IMG/VR virus record: IMGVR_UViG_3300020354_000001
Location: 1 to 38,789 of that record
Length of the DNA stretch: 38,789 nucleotides
Source of the DNA: a virus
Strand: one strand, 5' to 3'
Part shown: positions 6,600 to 15,332 of the stretch, in pieces
Numbering within the stretch: position 1 is the first letter of the stretch
Layout: each line of letters starts with the position of its first letter
The notes under the pieces: generated by a model
Database searches by the model: none
What the model saw: only the letters and a program-made list of their open reading frames with translations
What the model was told of the DNA's origin: nothing
Made by a program: the position numbers and the translations under genes

Positions 6600-6972
6600 A
6601 CTCCTCTAGCTGCAGCACCCACGCCACTTTCATGGCCGTGCCATCGTCGATCACACGGGTCTGCTGCTCCTCGACCGACATGATTTTCCAGCGGCCCAGG
6701 TTGTTACCCAGGCCGTCTACCAGCACATACGGTCGGCGTTCGTTCTGCATCGCCCGCAGCTCATCCAGCCGCTGCATGCCCGCCGCATAGAACGCCGTGC
6801 CCGAGAGCCGGATCTGCTCGAGCGCCTGCCCGGTGTTCTGACTGCTGGGCTTCGCATACGTGATGTCGATCTCGATCCACCCGCCATCGCTTTTGCGCTG
6901 CAGGCTGCTATAAGGGAAGCCGCTACCCAGCGAGAACACGAACTCCTCGCCTAACGCCATCTGTTGCCGCAT
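6556..6972 (-). CDS. Tail protein U (P2 gpU-like)
   Basis: 138 aa. The start overlaps the tape-measure stop (TGATG). MALGEEFVFSLGS...YSSLQRKSDGGW...GRWKIMSVEE resembles gpU. Confidence 0.8.
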   Translation of the reverse strand: MRQQMALGEEFVFSLGSGFPYSSLQRKSDGGWIEIDITYAKPSSQNTGQALEQIRLSGTAFYAAGMQRLDELRAMQNERRPYVLVDGLGNNLGRWKIMSVEEQQTRVIDDGTAMKVAWVLQLEEFVDDAASSDDDSGG

Positions 6973-9857
6973 CAGTCACTCCTATCGGTTAACGAAGCGC
7001 CCAGGCGCACATCGAGGCCGGAGGTACCCGCGCCCAGCATCGGCATCAGCTCGCTACGTAAGCGCTCCATCAAGCGATCAAGCAGCTCACGGTCGCGGTC
7101 AGCGTCGCCGCTGGCCTCGATCTTGATGTCGAACGTGGGGGAAATAACACGGGAGTCGGTCTGGTTGGTCTGCGTGATGCTGCCCGCCACCTCGCTCGGT
7201 GCGGCCAGCAGGCTGGGCGGGTTGGCCAGGCGCTCATCCAGGGCGTCGAGGGCTTCGCGGTGCTGCGTTGCGGCCTCGCGTACCTCTTTCGTAAACGCCT
7301 GGCTACTACCCAATATCCCGCCGCTGGCACTCGGCGACGCACTGCCAGAATCGGTCGGCGCAGAATCGCCGGTACTCGGCATCACCGGCAACGCCAACAG
7401 CGGCGGCGGCTCAGCCGCCTGGGGCGCAAGGCGCGCCTGGTTCACCTGCTGGGTAAACGACCCGCTGCCGCCCAGGACCCCGCTACCGGATCCGGCAGCT
7501 TGCTGGCTCGGTGCTGCAGCAGGGCTTTCATCGTCGCCGAACGCCCACTCCCAGCCAGCGCCGAGACGCTCGCCCACCCAGGATCCTGCAGCGGTACCCG
7601 CCAAGCTGCCCGCGATACCACCGGCCATACCGCCCACAGCAGTGCCCACGCCAGGAAACACCATCGTACCCAGCGCGGCACCGGCCGCCGAACCACCCCA
7701 GAAGCCACCCATGCCGCCGACAAGCCCACCGGCCGTGCTGCCCACCTCGGCCGCATCGCCATCGCCAACAGCGTTGGCCACACCGATAGCACCGGCAGTG
7801 AGCGCAACGGGTAACGCTACCTTGCCCGCCACTTGGCCTGCGCGGCTGTTACCCACATTGGCCATCCATGCTCGCCAGCCGTTTTGTACACCGGGCGCAG
7901 CACGACTCGCCGCGCCTGCGGCTCCAGCAGCCCCGGCAGCGCCTGCCGCCGCGCCTGCTCCGGCGGATCCAGTGGATCCGGTACGCCCTCCACGCTGGCC
8001 TCCTGCTGCTGCGGCACCGCCTACCGCGCCCAGCCTGCCCAGCGTGGCGTTCAGCCGTGCAACCGCACCATCGGCCATCAGTGCCGTTTGAGCCGTCCGC
8101 TGGTCTAGCCGCGCACGCATCAGCGCACCGCGATTACCCACCTGACCGATGAGCAGCCCGGCATAACGCACGCCCAGCACCGCCGCTTTCACCGCAATCA
8201 GGCCCGCCGCGCCTGCGGCCAGCACGCCGACCAGCTCGGTGTTCTGCTCAGTAAAGTCAGCCATGAGACCAACCACAGCGGTAATCGGTGGCGCAACGGC
8301 TTCGAACACCGGCAGCATGCCGTTGCCGATCTGTGTCACCAGCCGATCAACTTCGGCGGTCATCACGTTCAGCGTCGTCCGGCTCGTATCAGCAACGCCC
8401 TCCGCTTCGCGCAACATCGAGCCGCTGTACTGCGCCGAACTCGATACCTCGCTGAACGCCTTGTCCACCTCGCCCAGGTTCGTGAGCAGCGGTGAAATAG
8501 CCTTGATCGACTCTTTGCCGAACAGCGTCTCGGTGATCGCGCTTTGCTCCTCTTCGGGCGCAGCTCGAATCGCCTGAAGCACTTCCCGTATGACTGACGG
8601 CGCATCTTCCTGCATGCGCCTGGCCAGCTCTTCAGGCTCGAAGCCCAGCTCTGCCCACTGCTCGCGGCGCTTGTTCGTCGTCGCTCGACCCTGAGTCAGT
8701 GCCAGCGTAAAGTTCTGCAAGCCGGTGGCCGCTACCTCACGGTTAGTGCCAGGGTTGAGGAACGCCGCGCCCAGCGCCGCCGCCTGCGTGGGAGTCATGC
8801 CCGCATTCACTGCCAGTGAGCCAGTGCGCGTCAGCAGCTCCGTCAAATCAGCGGCGGTAGTGTTGAAGTTGTTGCCCAGGTGGTTCGCCGCATCGGCCAG
8901 CTCCAGCGCCTGGTCGCCGTCCAGGCTCATGCCCTGCCGCCACGACACCATCGCGGATCCGGCCTCGCCCGCGCTCACGTCAAACGCCGCCGCCATGATC
9001 GCGGCCTGACGCGTAAAGTTCATCACGCCATCAAAGCGCTCCTGGCCCTCCATGTCGTTGAAAATGCCCGACTGGCCAGCCGCGTATTGGATCTCGGTAA
9101 TGTCCGTGCCACGGATGCCCGACGACGCGATCAAACGGTCGCTAGCCAGGCGCAGGTTGGCATTGGCGTACTGCTCGCGCTCGCCTTCGGCGAAGTCGAT
9201 AACCTTGGCCACGTCCGCCATGGACGTTTGCATGTCCATCGCGCTGTTCATCGGTCGGCTAGCGATGTAACCCAAAGCCAACGTCTCGACGATCTCGCCG
9301 CGCAGCCGCGAGCGCTCCTGCCGGTTCGCCTCGATGCGGCCCTCAGCCGCCGTTACCCGCGCCTGAGCATCGCTAACGGCCTGCATCCGTGCCCGCTGGT
9401 CTTCCAGCACCGCGTTCGTCGAGCGCGTCGCGTCCTCGATCCGCCGCTGCTCGTCAGCAAAGCGGTTGAGGTCGACCCCCGCGCCTTCCAGGCTGCCCTG
9501 CAGCCGGTCCAGCTCGTTTGTCTGAGCGCGATGCTCAGCCGACAGGCTGGCCACCGTGGCCGTCGTCCGGTCGTACTCATTCTGCAGGCGTCGGCTCGGC
9601 TCTTCCGAGTTGCGCATCTCACGCGCTAACCGCGCCTGCTTTTCGCGGGCATCTTCCAGCGCGGCGGACGTCGCTGATAGATCCCCCTGCAGGCTCTGGT
9701 AGCCTTCCATCTGCCTGCTGAGCCGGTTGAGCTCACGCAGCTCGGCCTGGTGGCCACGCATGCTCTCTTGCATCTCTTCAGCGGCTTCGGCAAAGCCCCG
9801 GAACGCGGCGCTATAGCCGTCATCAGCCGCGAGAGTAACGCTGTACTTACTCGCCAT
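6972..9857 (-). CDS. Tail tape measure protein
   Basis: 961 aa. Coiled-coil N-terminal half and Gly/Ala-rich glycine-zipper region. Lies directly downstream of the frameshifted chaperone pair. Confidence 0.9.
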   Translation of the reverse strand: MASKYSVTLAADDGYSAAFRGFAEAAEEMQESMRGHQAELRELNRLSRQMEGYQSLQGDLSATSAALEDAREKQARLAREMRNSEEPSRRLQNEYDRTTATVASLSAEHRAQTNELDRLQGSLEGAGVDLNRFADEQRRIEDATRSTNAVLEDQRARMQAVSDAQARVTAAEGRIEANRQERSRLRGEIVETLALGYIASRPMNSAMDMQTSMADVAKVIDFAEGEREQYANANLRLASDRLIASSGIRGTDITEIQYAAGQSGIFNDMEGQERFDGVMNFTRQAAIMAAAFDVSAGEAGSAMVSWRQGMSLDGDQALELADAANHLGNNFNTTAADLTELLTRTGSLAVNAGMTPTQAAALGAAFLNPGTNREVAATGLQNFTLALTQGRATTNKRREQWAELGFEPEELARRMQEDAPSVIREVLQAIRAAPEEEQSAITETLFGKESIKAISPLLTNLGEVDKAFSEVSSSAQYSGSMLREAEGVADTSRTTLNVMTAEVDRLVTQIGNGMLPVFEAVAPPITAVVGLMADFTEQNTELVGVLAAGAAGLIAVKAAVLGVRYAGLLIGQVGNRGALMRARLDQRTAQTALMADGAVARLNATLGRLGAVGGAAAAGGQRGGRTGSTGSAGAGAAAGAAGAAGAAGAASRAAPGVQNGWRAWMANVGNSRAGQVAGKVALPVALTAGAIGVANAVGDGDAAEVGSTAGGLVGGMGGFWGGSAAGAALGTMVFPGVGTAVGGMAGGIAGSLAGTAAGSWVGERLGAGWEWAFGDDESPAAAPSQQAAGSGSGVLGGSGSFTQQVNQARLAPQAAEPPPLLALPVMPSTGDSAPTDSGSASPSASGGILGSSQAFTKEVREAATQHREALDALDERLANPPSLLAAPSEVAGSITQTNQTDSRVISPTFDIKIEASGDADRDRELLDRLMERLRSELMPMLGAGTSGLDVRLGASLTDRSD

Positions 9858-9865
9858 ACGTGCTC

Positions 9866-10632
9866 CTAGTGCCCGGCTTTAAGCCGCTTCAAGGCCAGTT
9901 CATAACGCCTAAACGCTTTATCCACCGGCCAGCTCAGCAGGTCTTTCTCGCTTACCTGATACACCAGCGGAATCACATCGCCGAAGACGTCGATGTCGGC
10001 AAGGGAAACGATTCCGCCGTCTCGTTCAAAAAATCGTTCACCCGCTGCTGGAGCGTGTTCCAGTCCGGCACGGTGAGCTGATGAAGGTCATGCGCGATCA
10101 GACCCGTACACTTGGCGGTGATGAACTCCGCGCGCTCCAGACGATCCTTGATCTTGCGCATCATCCGGCTGGCCATCAGGTCGGGCACTTCCAGCTCGAT
10201 CCGCTCATACGTCACGCCATCGCTGGCTTTCAGTGGCACCAACAGCACCGGATTATCCTTCGTCGACGCGCGCTGCTGCTCGGCGGTCATAAAGTGGTGG
10301 CTGGTCAGCGAGACCATCTTCTGGACCCGCTTGGCCAGCGCATTAAAGTCGGGGCGCTTCATCTTCAAAATAACGCTTTCCGGCTGCTCGGTCGTCAGCG
10401 TGGCCAGCCCCAAAAAAGCGAGCTCGTCATACTCGGCATCGTCCATCGCATCGCCGTTGCCCGCGCGCGCGGCTTTCTGGTTGTCTAGCTCGGCTAGTAG
10501 CGTCGTATGCTCTTTGTGCAGAATCGGGCGCAGGGGCAGCTCTTTAAGCACTTGGCCATCGTCCAGCGTCAGCGGCCAACGCAGCGGCAGGGGGTCGGGT
10601 TTCCACATCTCGTCAATCCTTCGTGCAGGCAT
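9866..10632 (-). CDS. Tail assembly chaperone, -1 frameshift-extended form (gpE+E' analogue)
   Basis: Slipping at T-TTT-TTG (complement of 10027-10033) opens a stop-free -1 frame. It encodes FFERDGGIVSLADIDVFGDVIPLVYQVSEKDLLSWPVDKAFRRYELALKRLKAGH and ends at TAG (9866-9868), 8 nt before the tape-measure ATG. Confidence 0.7.
9973..10632 (-). CDS. Tail assembly chaperone (P2 gpE analogue, zero-frame product)
   Basis: Lies between the tube and tape-measure genes. The C-terminal half VPLKASDGVTYERIELEVPDLMASRMM...LTVPDWNTLQQRVNDFL is gpE-like and the TTTTTTG slippery site is near the 3' end. Start uncertain. The ATG at 10632 abuts a T8 terminator tract, and an ATG at 10608 has an AAGGA RBS. Confidence 0.75.
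   Translation of the reverse strand: MPARRIDEMWKPDPLPLRWPLTLDDGQVLKELPLRPILHKEHTTLLAELDNQKAARAGNGDAMDDAEYDELAFLGLATLTTEQPESVILKMKRPDFNALAKRVQKMVSLTSHHFMTAEQQRASTKDNPVLLVPLKASDGVTYERIELEVPDLMASRMMRKIKDRLERAEFITAKCTGLIAHDLHQLTVPDWNTLQQRVNDFLNETAESFPLPTSTSSAM
10027..10033 (-). other. Programmed -1 ribosomal frameshift heptamer TTTTTTG
   Basis: Zero-frame codons are GAT TTT TTG. This is the same heptamer as the P2 E/E' site. Confidence 0.7.
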
Positions 10633-10666
10633 AAAAAAAAGCGCCGCCCTGGTACCAGGACGGCGC
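10633..10666 (-). terminator. Rho-independent terminator after the tail tube gene
   Basis: Minus strand: GCGCCGTCCTGG-TA-CCAGGGCGGCGC (12-bp stem with one mismatch) followed by TTTTTTTT. Confidence 0.75.
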
Positions 10667-10688
10667 GGTGTGGTCAGCAGTCAGCGCG

Positions 10689-11195
10689 TTACGCCATCAA
10701 AATGTTGCGGCGATGACGCTCCATGATGTCGCCCTGCCCCAGGTTGATCACCTGGGTGCGCAGGTTGATGTTGTGAATAGTCGCGCCGTTCTCGAGCATG
10801 ATCGAGCGCACCGGCGAGATCGTCAGGGTCACCTGGGGCTTCTCGCGCATCTTCGAGGGTGTCCGCTCGACGTTGATCACCTCGCCCGATACCTGGTGCC
10901 ACACGGCAAAGGTGTTGCCCTCGAGATCCTCCTGCGACTCGCGCACGTCCAGCTCGACGGTATCGCCAGCGGTGATGCCCTGGGCGATCACCAGCTCGAG
11001 TCCGGCGCCCATCAGCACGATCTGGCACTCGAGCTCCTCGAGGCCGACCCACATCCGCTCTGGTGCGAAGCGGCCGCCCTGGGCCGTCTCCATCACCTTC
11101 TGGATATTCACCGGGGTGAACTCCTCAAGCTGGTGCATCAGCGGCCAGCCGTTCAGGCTGCCGCCGAGGATCATTCTTTTACGTTCAGTTGCCAT
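10689..11195 (-). CDS. Tail tube protein (P2 FII-like)
   Basis: 168 aa, immediately downstream of the sheath gene. The N-terminal region GGSLNGWPLMHQLEEFTPVNIQKVMETAQGGRFAPE resembles contractile-tail tube proteins. Confidence 0.85.
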   Translation of the reverse strand: MATERKRMILGGSLNGWPLMHQLEEFTPVNIQKVMETAQGGRFAPERMWVGLEELECQIVLMGAGLELVIAQGITAGDTVELDVRESQEDLEGNTFAVWHQVSGEVINVERTPSKMREKPQVTLTISPVRSIMLENGATIHNINLRTQVINLGQGDIMERHRRNILMA

Positions 11196-11198
11196 GGC

Positions 11199-12368
11199 TT
11201 ACAGCACCTCTTCCAGGAACTCTTCCACGATCGAATCCACCGCGTTGATGTGGAAGATCATGTGCTCGTTGGGGGAATAGCGGCCGTACTCGATGACGAT
11301 GTACCAGCTACCGTTTTTGTAGCGCTCGACCGTGTTCAGGTCGGGGTGCAGGTACACGCGGCCACCGGGAATGATCTCCGCCGCGACCTGGTCCTGAATG
11401 AACGCATCGACCTTGCGCACCTCCTGCTCCATAAAGCTCTTGGTCAGGTTCTGCGCCATGGCCTTCTGCGACGCGCCGACGATCTTGCGGCCGATGGCGT
11501 CCTCCAGGCCCACGTGCGAGACAAACTCGCCGGTCACCGTGCGGTTGCCGATCAGCGAGAACCCGCCCATCGAGGTGCGCGCGTAGTAGCTGATGCCGTA
11601 GCGGTTGAGCAGGTCGCCGTCAGTGGTTTTATCAAGAATGTTGTAGTCAACATGCCGCGACACGCCCTGAATCAGCACGCCCTGGTTGCCGGGACTTTCC
11701 CACGGCTGCACAGCCGCCAACGCGCCGATCGCATGCACCGAGGGCGCAACGAACACGTTGCCCTGCGCCGCGCGCGAGTAAACTTCGCACATCTGATACG
11801 CCACGTAGCAGCGGCGGTAGCCGGTGCCCTCGCCGCCCAGCGTCTCGCTGAACTCAACCGCCTCGCTGATCTGAACGTCAGGCCCATCGATCACAAAGCG
11901 GCAGTAGATGCGGCGAGCCAGCGTGGCCAGCGCATCGCTGACCGCTTTCTCGTCGGAGTAACCCGGCGCGCCGATGATCGTCGGCACCTCCGCACAGCCT
12001 GCCAGGGCGGCGATACCCAGCGGCTGGCCAGACGCAGGATCCACACCGCCCACCACGTTACCCGTGGTCGCTTCCGGCAGCTCGCCCTCTTCCACCACCA
12101 CCACGTAAACCGGCACGCTGGCTTTCTTGAGGATCTCGCTTACCGCATGCCAGCCGGTGCCGCCTTCATCGCCGGTGGTGTCCAGCAGTTGCGCCTGGGT
12201 CATGTTGGCAATGCGGAACGGTACGTTTAACGGCACGCTGGGGTCACGATCCGGCGCAGTGACCACCAGCCCCACCACGTTAGGGCCAAGCGGCCCCATC
12301 GGCGCAGGCGGGCGATTCGTCTCCAGCGTGATGCCGTTATGCTCAAAGTTTGGAATCTCAGCCATCAT
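11199..12368 (-). CDS. Contractile tail sheath protein (P2 FI-like)
   Basis: 389 aa. Sheath-tube-chaperone-tape measure order. By-eye similarity to the sheath family. Confidence 0.88.
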   Translation of the reverse strand: MMAEIPNFEHNGITLETNRPPAPMGPLGPNVVGLVVTAPDRDPSVPLNVPFRIANMTQAQLLDTTGDEGGTGWHAVSEILKKASVPVYVVVVEEGELPEATTGNVVGGVDPASGQPLGIAALAGCAEVPTIIGAPGYSDEKAVSDALATLARRIYCRFVIDGPDVQISEAVEFSETLGGEGTGYRRCYVAYQMCEVYSRAAQGNVFVAPSVHAIGALAAVQPWESPGNQGVLIQGVSRHVDYNILDKTTDGDLLNRYGISYYARTSMGGFSLIGNRTVTGEFVSHVGLEDAIGRKIVGASQKAMAQNLTKSFMEQEVRKVDAFIQDQVAAEIIPGGRVYLHPDLNTVERYKNGSWYIVIEYGRYSPNEHMIFHINAVDSIVEEFLEEVL

Positions 12369-12562
12369 TGTGCCTTTTGCTTGGCAGCGGGCTTAGCGAC
12401 CGCCTGAGTGGTAGTTTTCGCGCGAATGCGTTCGGCACGCAGCAGCGCACGCGCTTCAACGGGCAGCAGGTCGACCTCCTGCCCTTTCGTCGTCCAGCCG
12501 CCCTGGTAGGGGAAGGCAACCAGCACCTCGTAGGTGGTGCGTTGTGGTTTTTGCTTGGCCAT
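12365..12562 (-). CDS. Hypothetical small protein upstream of the sheath gene (65 aa)
   Basis: ORF track 12365..12664. The ATG at 12562 has a GGAG RBS. MAKQKPQRTTYEVLVAFPYQGG.... The stop overlaps the sheath start (ATGA). Confidence 0.55.
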   Translation of the reverse strand: MAKQKPQRTTYEVLVAFPYQGGWTTKGQEVDLLPVEARALLRAERIRAKTTTQAVAKPAAKQKAQ

Positions 12563-12626
12563 AAGGCTTTCTCCAGGCACAAAAAAACCGCCTGTAGGCG
12601 GGTCGGTGTAGCGGGTAGCGTTGCGG

Positions 12627-12932
12627 CTAGCTGAGCAGCGGGCAGTAGCGGGACAGCCAGGCAATCAGCCAGCAGGCCAGCAGCGGCGACAGCACATCGA
12701 GTACTGAGTCAGGCGTCCAGCCGCGCCAAAAACCTTCATGCCAGCGCACCGGCTTCGGCCCGCCCCACTTCCAGCCGCGAAACACCGCCAAGCGGTATTC
12801 GTGCTGAGCGATCTCACGGCCCAGGAACACCGCCACCGCTACCGCACCGGCAGCCCATAGGCCAATGAACGGGTAAAGCGCAAACTGGATCAGCAGCGCA
12901 ATTAGCGCGTGTTCAAGATGGGTTCGGTTCAT
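12627..12932 (-). CDS. Hypothetical polytopic membrane protein (101 aa) embedded in the tail module
   Basis: ORF track. Contains 2-3 hydrophobic helices (ALIALLIQFALYPFIGLWAAGAVAVAVFLG and VLSPLLACWLIAWL). Followed by a weak hairpin plus T7 tract (12581-12601). Confidence 0.6.
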   Translation of the reverse strand: MNRTHLEHALIALLIQFALYPFIGLWAAGAVAVAVFLGREIAQHEYRLAVFRGWKWGGPKPVRWHEGFWRGWTPDSVLDVLSPLLACWLIAWLSRYCPLLS

Positions 12933-13420
12933 AGCGCGCCCTCTTGCGGCCGGTACTGGTTAAGCTGCTCAATCGCCGCCTGGGCCGCTGCCTCGGCTTG
13001 CTCAATCGTTTCGGCGCGGCTAACCGCCGCTTTGCCCCCCAGCCGTAGCTGGCGGATCTCGCGCAATGCGGTTTCCCAGGCCTCGGCGGTGGCGACGATC
13101 TCGGTGGCGGCCGCTTCGGCGCCTACCTCAAACATGGCCATGTGGTCTTCCACGCTGGATGGGATCGCGTTGGCGTCTTTGCCGTTGTCTAGCCAGGCCT
13201 GTGCTTCCTGTTTGGCGAGCAGATACTCCTGATCGATGTAGCTGCCTGGGGAGACGAAAGAGGCGCGGGCGTTGCCGGCGGCGGTGTCGATGTCGGATGC
13301 CAGCTCAATAGATAGCGCATTCCGCAACACGGATTCGGGCACCCCGACTTTAATGGCATGATCCATGCTGAAGTTCAGATATTTCTTGCCTTGATAAACA
13401 AACGTTACTTCTCTCATCAC
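12929..13420 (-). CDS. Putative tail fibre assembly chaperone
   Basis: 163 aa, immediately downstream of the distal fibre gene. Assigned by position and by general resemblance to gpG/Tfa-type proteins. Confidence 0.5.
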   Translation of the reverse strand: MMREVTFVYQGKKYLNFSMDHAIKVGVPESVLRNALSIELASDIDTAAGNARASFVSPGSYIDQEYLLAKQEAQAWLDNGKDANAIPSSVEDHMAMFEVGAEAAATEIVATAEAWETALREIRQLRLGGKAAVSRAETIEQAEAAAQAAIEQLNQYRPQEGAL

Positions 13421-13428
13421 TAGCTCCT

Positions 13429-14229
13429 TTATGAAACGAGGTTCATATCTGAAACAATCAGGCGCTTATCTGTTGCTATCAGCGCAGATGCATCACGGAA
13501 CACGACCGCTTTGTTCTTCACTTCATCACTAGAAAACGTCGTGTTACTGGCGATGAAGACGGCAAAGTTGTTCGTGATTTCCATCAGCTTCATTCCGCCC
13601 ACTGCGCCACCTGTCTCTGCATAGGACTTCTCGATAAACAAGGAGAGATCACACGCTCTGAAACGCACATACATATTGGGTGCCAGGGCAGAGCTGGCAT
13701 TGGTTTGGATGGCACTGTTCCTGCTGGTTCTGAAATTAAACCCATCACTGGCGGCGGATGTGTCTATGTCGAATTGAATCTCTTGGAACGACAGGCTCAC
13801 ATTTTTCCAGCGGTGCAGTGATCCGAAGCGATGATAGCCTTCTGCATCTGTATAGAGCGTGAAGACTATCTTCGGAACCCTGTCCCCATACCCTCTGATC
13901 CAGACGTTCTGGTTGTAGTTAAACGTGTGATCCGCTGCGACTATCAGGTCATTCATAAGCTCTATGACAACGACCGAGCCTGCGACCATTTCTCGTTCGA
14001 TCGCTAGTAGCGTTTTCTTGGCGGTGTTCGTAGTTCGGCCGTCATTGCTATCGTTGCCAGCCATCGGGTCTAAATAGAACCGCGAATAGGCTTTTTCATT
14101 GATAGTGCGCGGAACACTCGTGACTGCTTCGTCGACCTTCTGATCGATCTGGTTCATCTTCCCAGCCACTTGGCTGGTGAGGCTGTTGGCGGCGCTGACA
14201 AGCGCGGCGATTTGGCTTTCTAAACTCAT
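13429..14229 (-). CDS. Distal tail fibre / receptor-binding protein (low-GC cassette)
   Basis: 266 aa. The N-terminal ~25 codons are GC-rich like the flanks, and the remainder is visibly AT-richer. YLDPMAGNDSNDGRTTNTAKKTL resembles the N-terminal motif of right-handed beta-helix (pectate-lyase-like) proteins. Confidence 0.6.
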   Translation of the reverse strand: MSLESQIAALVSAANSLTSQVAGKMNQIDQKVDEAVTSVPRTINEKAYSRFYLDPMAGNDSNDGRTTNTAKKTLLAIEREMVAGSVVVIELMNDLIVAADHTFNYNQNVWIRGYGDRVPKIVFTLYTDAEGYHRFGSLHRWKNVSLSFQEIQFDIDTSAASDGFNFRTSRNSAIQTNASSALAPNMYVRFRACDLSLFIEKSYAETGGAVGGMKLMEITNNFAVFIASNTTFSSDEVKNKAVVFRDASALIATDKRLIVSDMNLVS

Positions 14230-14235
14230 CGGTGT

Positions 14236-14613
14236 TTACTCCGGTGTGGCCGCGCTGATCGTGGCAGCGCCTTGGGTGAATGCGTCGGTGAGCTGCGCCA
14301 GGGCGTTTTCCAGCTCGGCTTTAGTGGCCTTCGCTGCCAGCGCCGTGGTCACCGTGCTGGCAAAATCCGGGTCGTTGTTTAGCGCGTTGGCCAACTCGAC
14401 CAGGGTATCCAGCGCCTCCGGCGCGCTGCCGATCAGCGACTGGATGCGCGCCTCGATCTCAGCGGGCGTGAGCGTTTCGCTCTTGTTGGCTTTCAGCGCT
14501 AAGCCGTCCGCTAGCTCGGTTTTACTGGCCTTGTTGCGCAGCTTGCCGTCGATGGTGCCCAGCAGGTTATTCACCGCCGTCAGCATCGTCTCAATCGTGG
14601 TGGGTAGTGCCAT
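14236..14613 (-). CDS. Tail fibre protein segment with the phage tail-fibre repeat motif
   Basis: 125 aa. GSAPEALDTLVELANALNNDPDFASTVTTALAAKATKAEL matches the widespread fibre motif (ALDTLxELAxALxNDPxFA). Confidence 0.75.
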   Translation of the reverse strand: MALPTTIETMLTAVNNLLGTIDGKLRNKASKTELADGLALKANKSETLTPAEIEARIQSLIGSAPEALDTLVELANALNNDPDFASTVTTALAAKATKAELENALAQLTDAFTQGAATISAATPE

Positions 14614-14621
14614 GGTGGCCT

Positions 14622-14969
14622 CTATTCCTCATTAACGCCGATGGCTCCGGCGTGGTATTCAAATGCGTTTTGGAGTGAGCGTATCAGCGTGTTAACGCTC
14701 TCAACGGCTCCCGTTGCCGCCTCTTGGGCGGTAGCCGCTGCCAGTCCGGCAGTATCTGCTGATTCGCGGGCAGCGGCTGCATCGGCGCTGGTCTGCTCGA
14801 CCCGCTGCAGCACGTTACCGCTCAGCGTGCCCGCTGGGCCTTGGTAGCCGAACGTCAGTACCTGCAGGCGCGGCGCGGCGGGCTGTCGAACCTCTACCAC
14901 CGTATCGCCCAGGCGCACGGTGACGATCCGCTCAACCGGCACCGTGACCACCACCCGCTGGCTACTCAT
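14622..14969 (-). CDS. Tail fibre-associated protein (hypothetical)
   Basis: ORF track 14622..14978 (GTG). The ATG at 14969 (MSSQRVVVTV...) overlaps the upstream stop by 8 nt. Ala-rich coiled segment. Confidence 0.55.
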   Translation of the reverse strand: MSSQRVVVTVPVERIVTVRLGDTVVEVRQPAAPRLQVLTFGYQGPAGTLSGNVLQRVEQTSADAAAARESADTAGLAAATAQEAATGAVESVNTLIRSLQNAFEYHAGAIGVNEE

Positions 14970-15324
14970 TGGCAACACCAGGCGTTAGCGTGGCCTTGCC
15001 CCGCAGCAGACTGTAAACATCGCCACTGGGGAACGTGATGCGCAGCTCATAGCGGGCGTTTTTCCAAGCGTCCGAGAGCTGCTCGGCGGTCTGCTCAGGC
15101 GCAACGCGGATGCTGATCGTGCCGGTGGCCACGTCGATCTCGATGCCGCCGTTTTGCGTGGTGCATTCCACCAGGGCGCGGCGGGAATCCTCCGGCACAA
15201 TCACAAAGCGCGCCGTGCAGCCGGTCATATCAATCGGCGTGCGCGCCTCGTCGTCCGTTGCCCACTCGGTAGAAAACGCCAGCGTGGTGCCCTCGATCAG
15301 GGCAAGCGTGGGTGCAGTGGCCAT
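14962..15324 (-). CDS. Tail fibre/baseplate-associated protein, probable Ig-like beta-sandwich
   Basis: 120 aa. Shows the alternating beta-strand pattern (TARFVIVPEDSRRALVECTT..GTISIRV..YELRITFPSG) seen in BppU-N-like Ig domains. Position within the fibre block. Confidence 0.5.
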   Translation of the reverse strand: MATAPTLALIEGTTLAFSTEWATDDEARTPIDMTGCTARFVIVPEDSRRALVECTTQNGGIEIDVATGTISIRVAPEQTAEQLSDAWKNARYELRITFPSGDVYSLLRGKATLTPGVANE

Positions 15325-15332
15325 CGTGTCTC

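Noticed and set aside
7550-8050. GC-rich repetitive tract (GCN repeats) in the middle of the 6972..9857 gene
   Set aside because: It translates in frame to the Gly/Ala-rich glycine-zipper region common in tape measure proteins. It is not an independent repeat element or an insertion.
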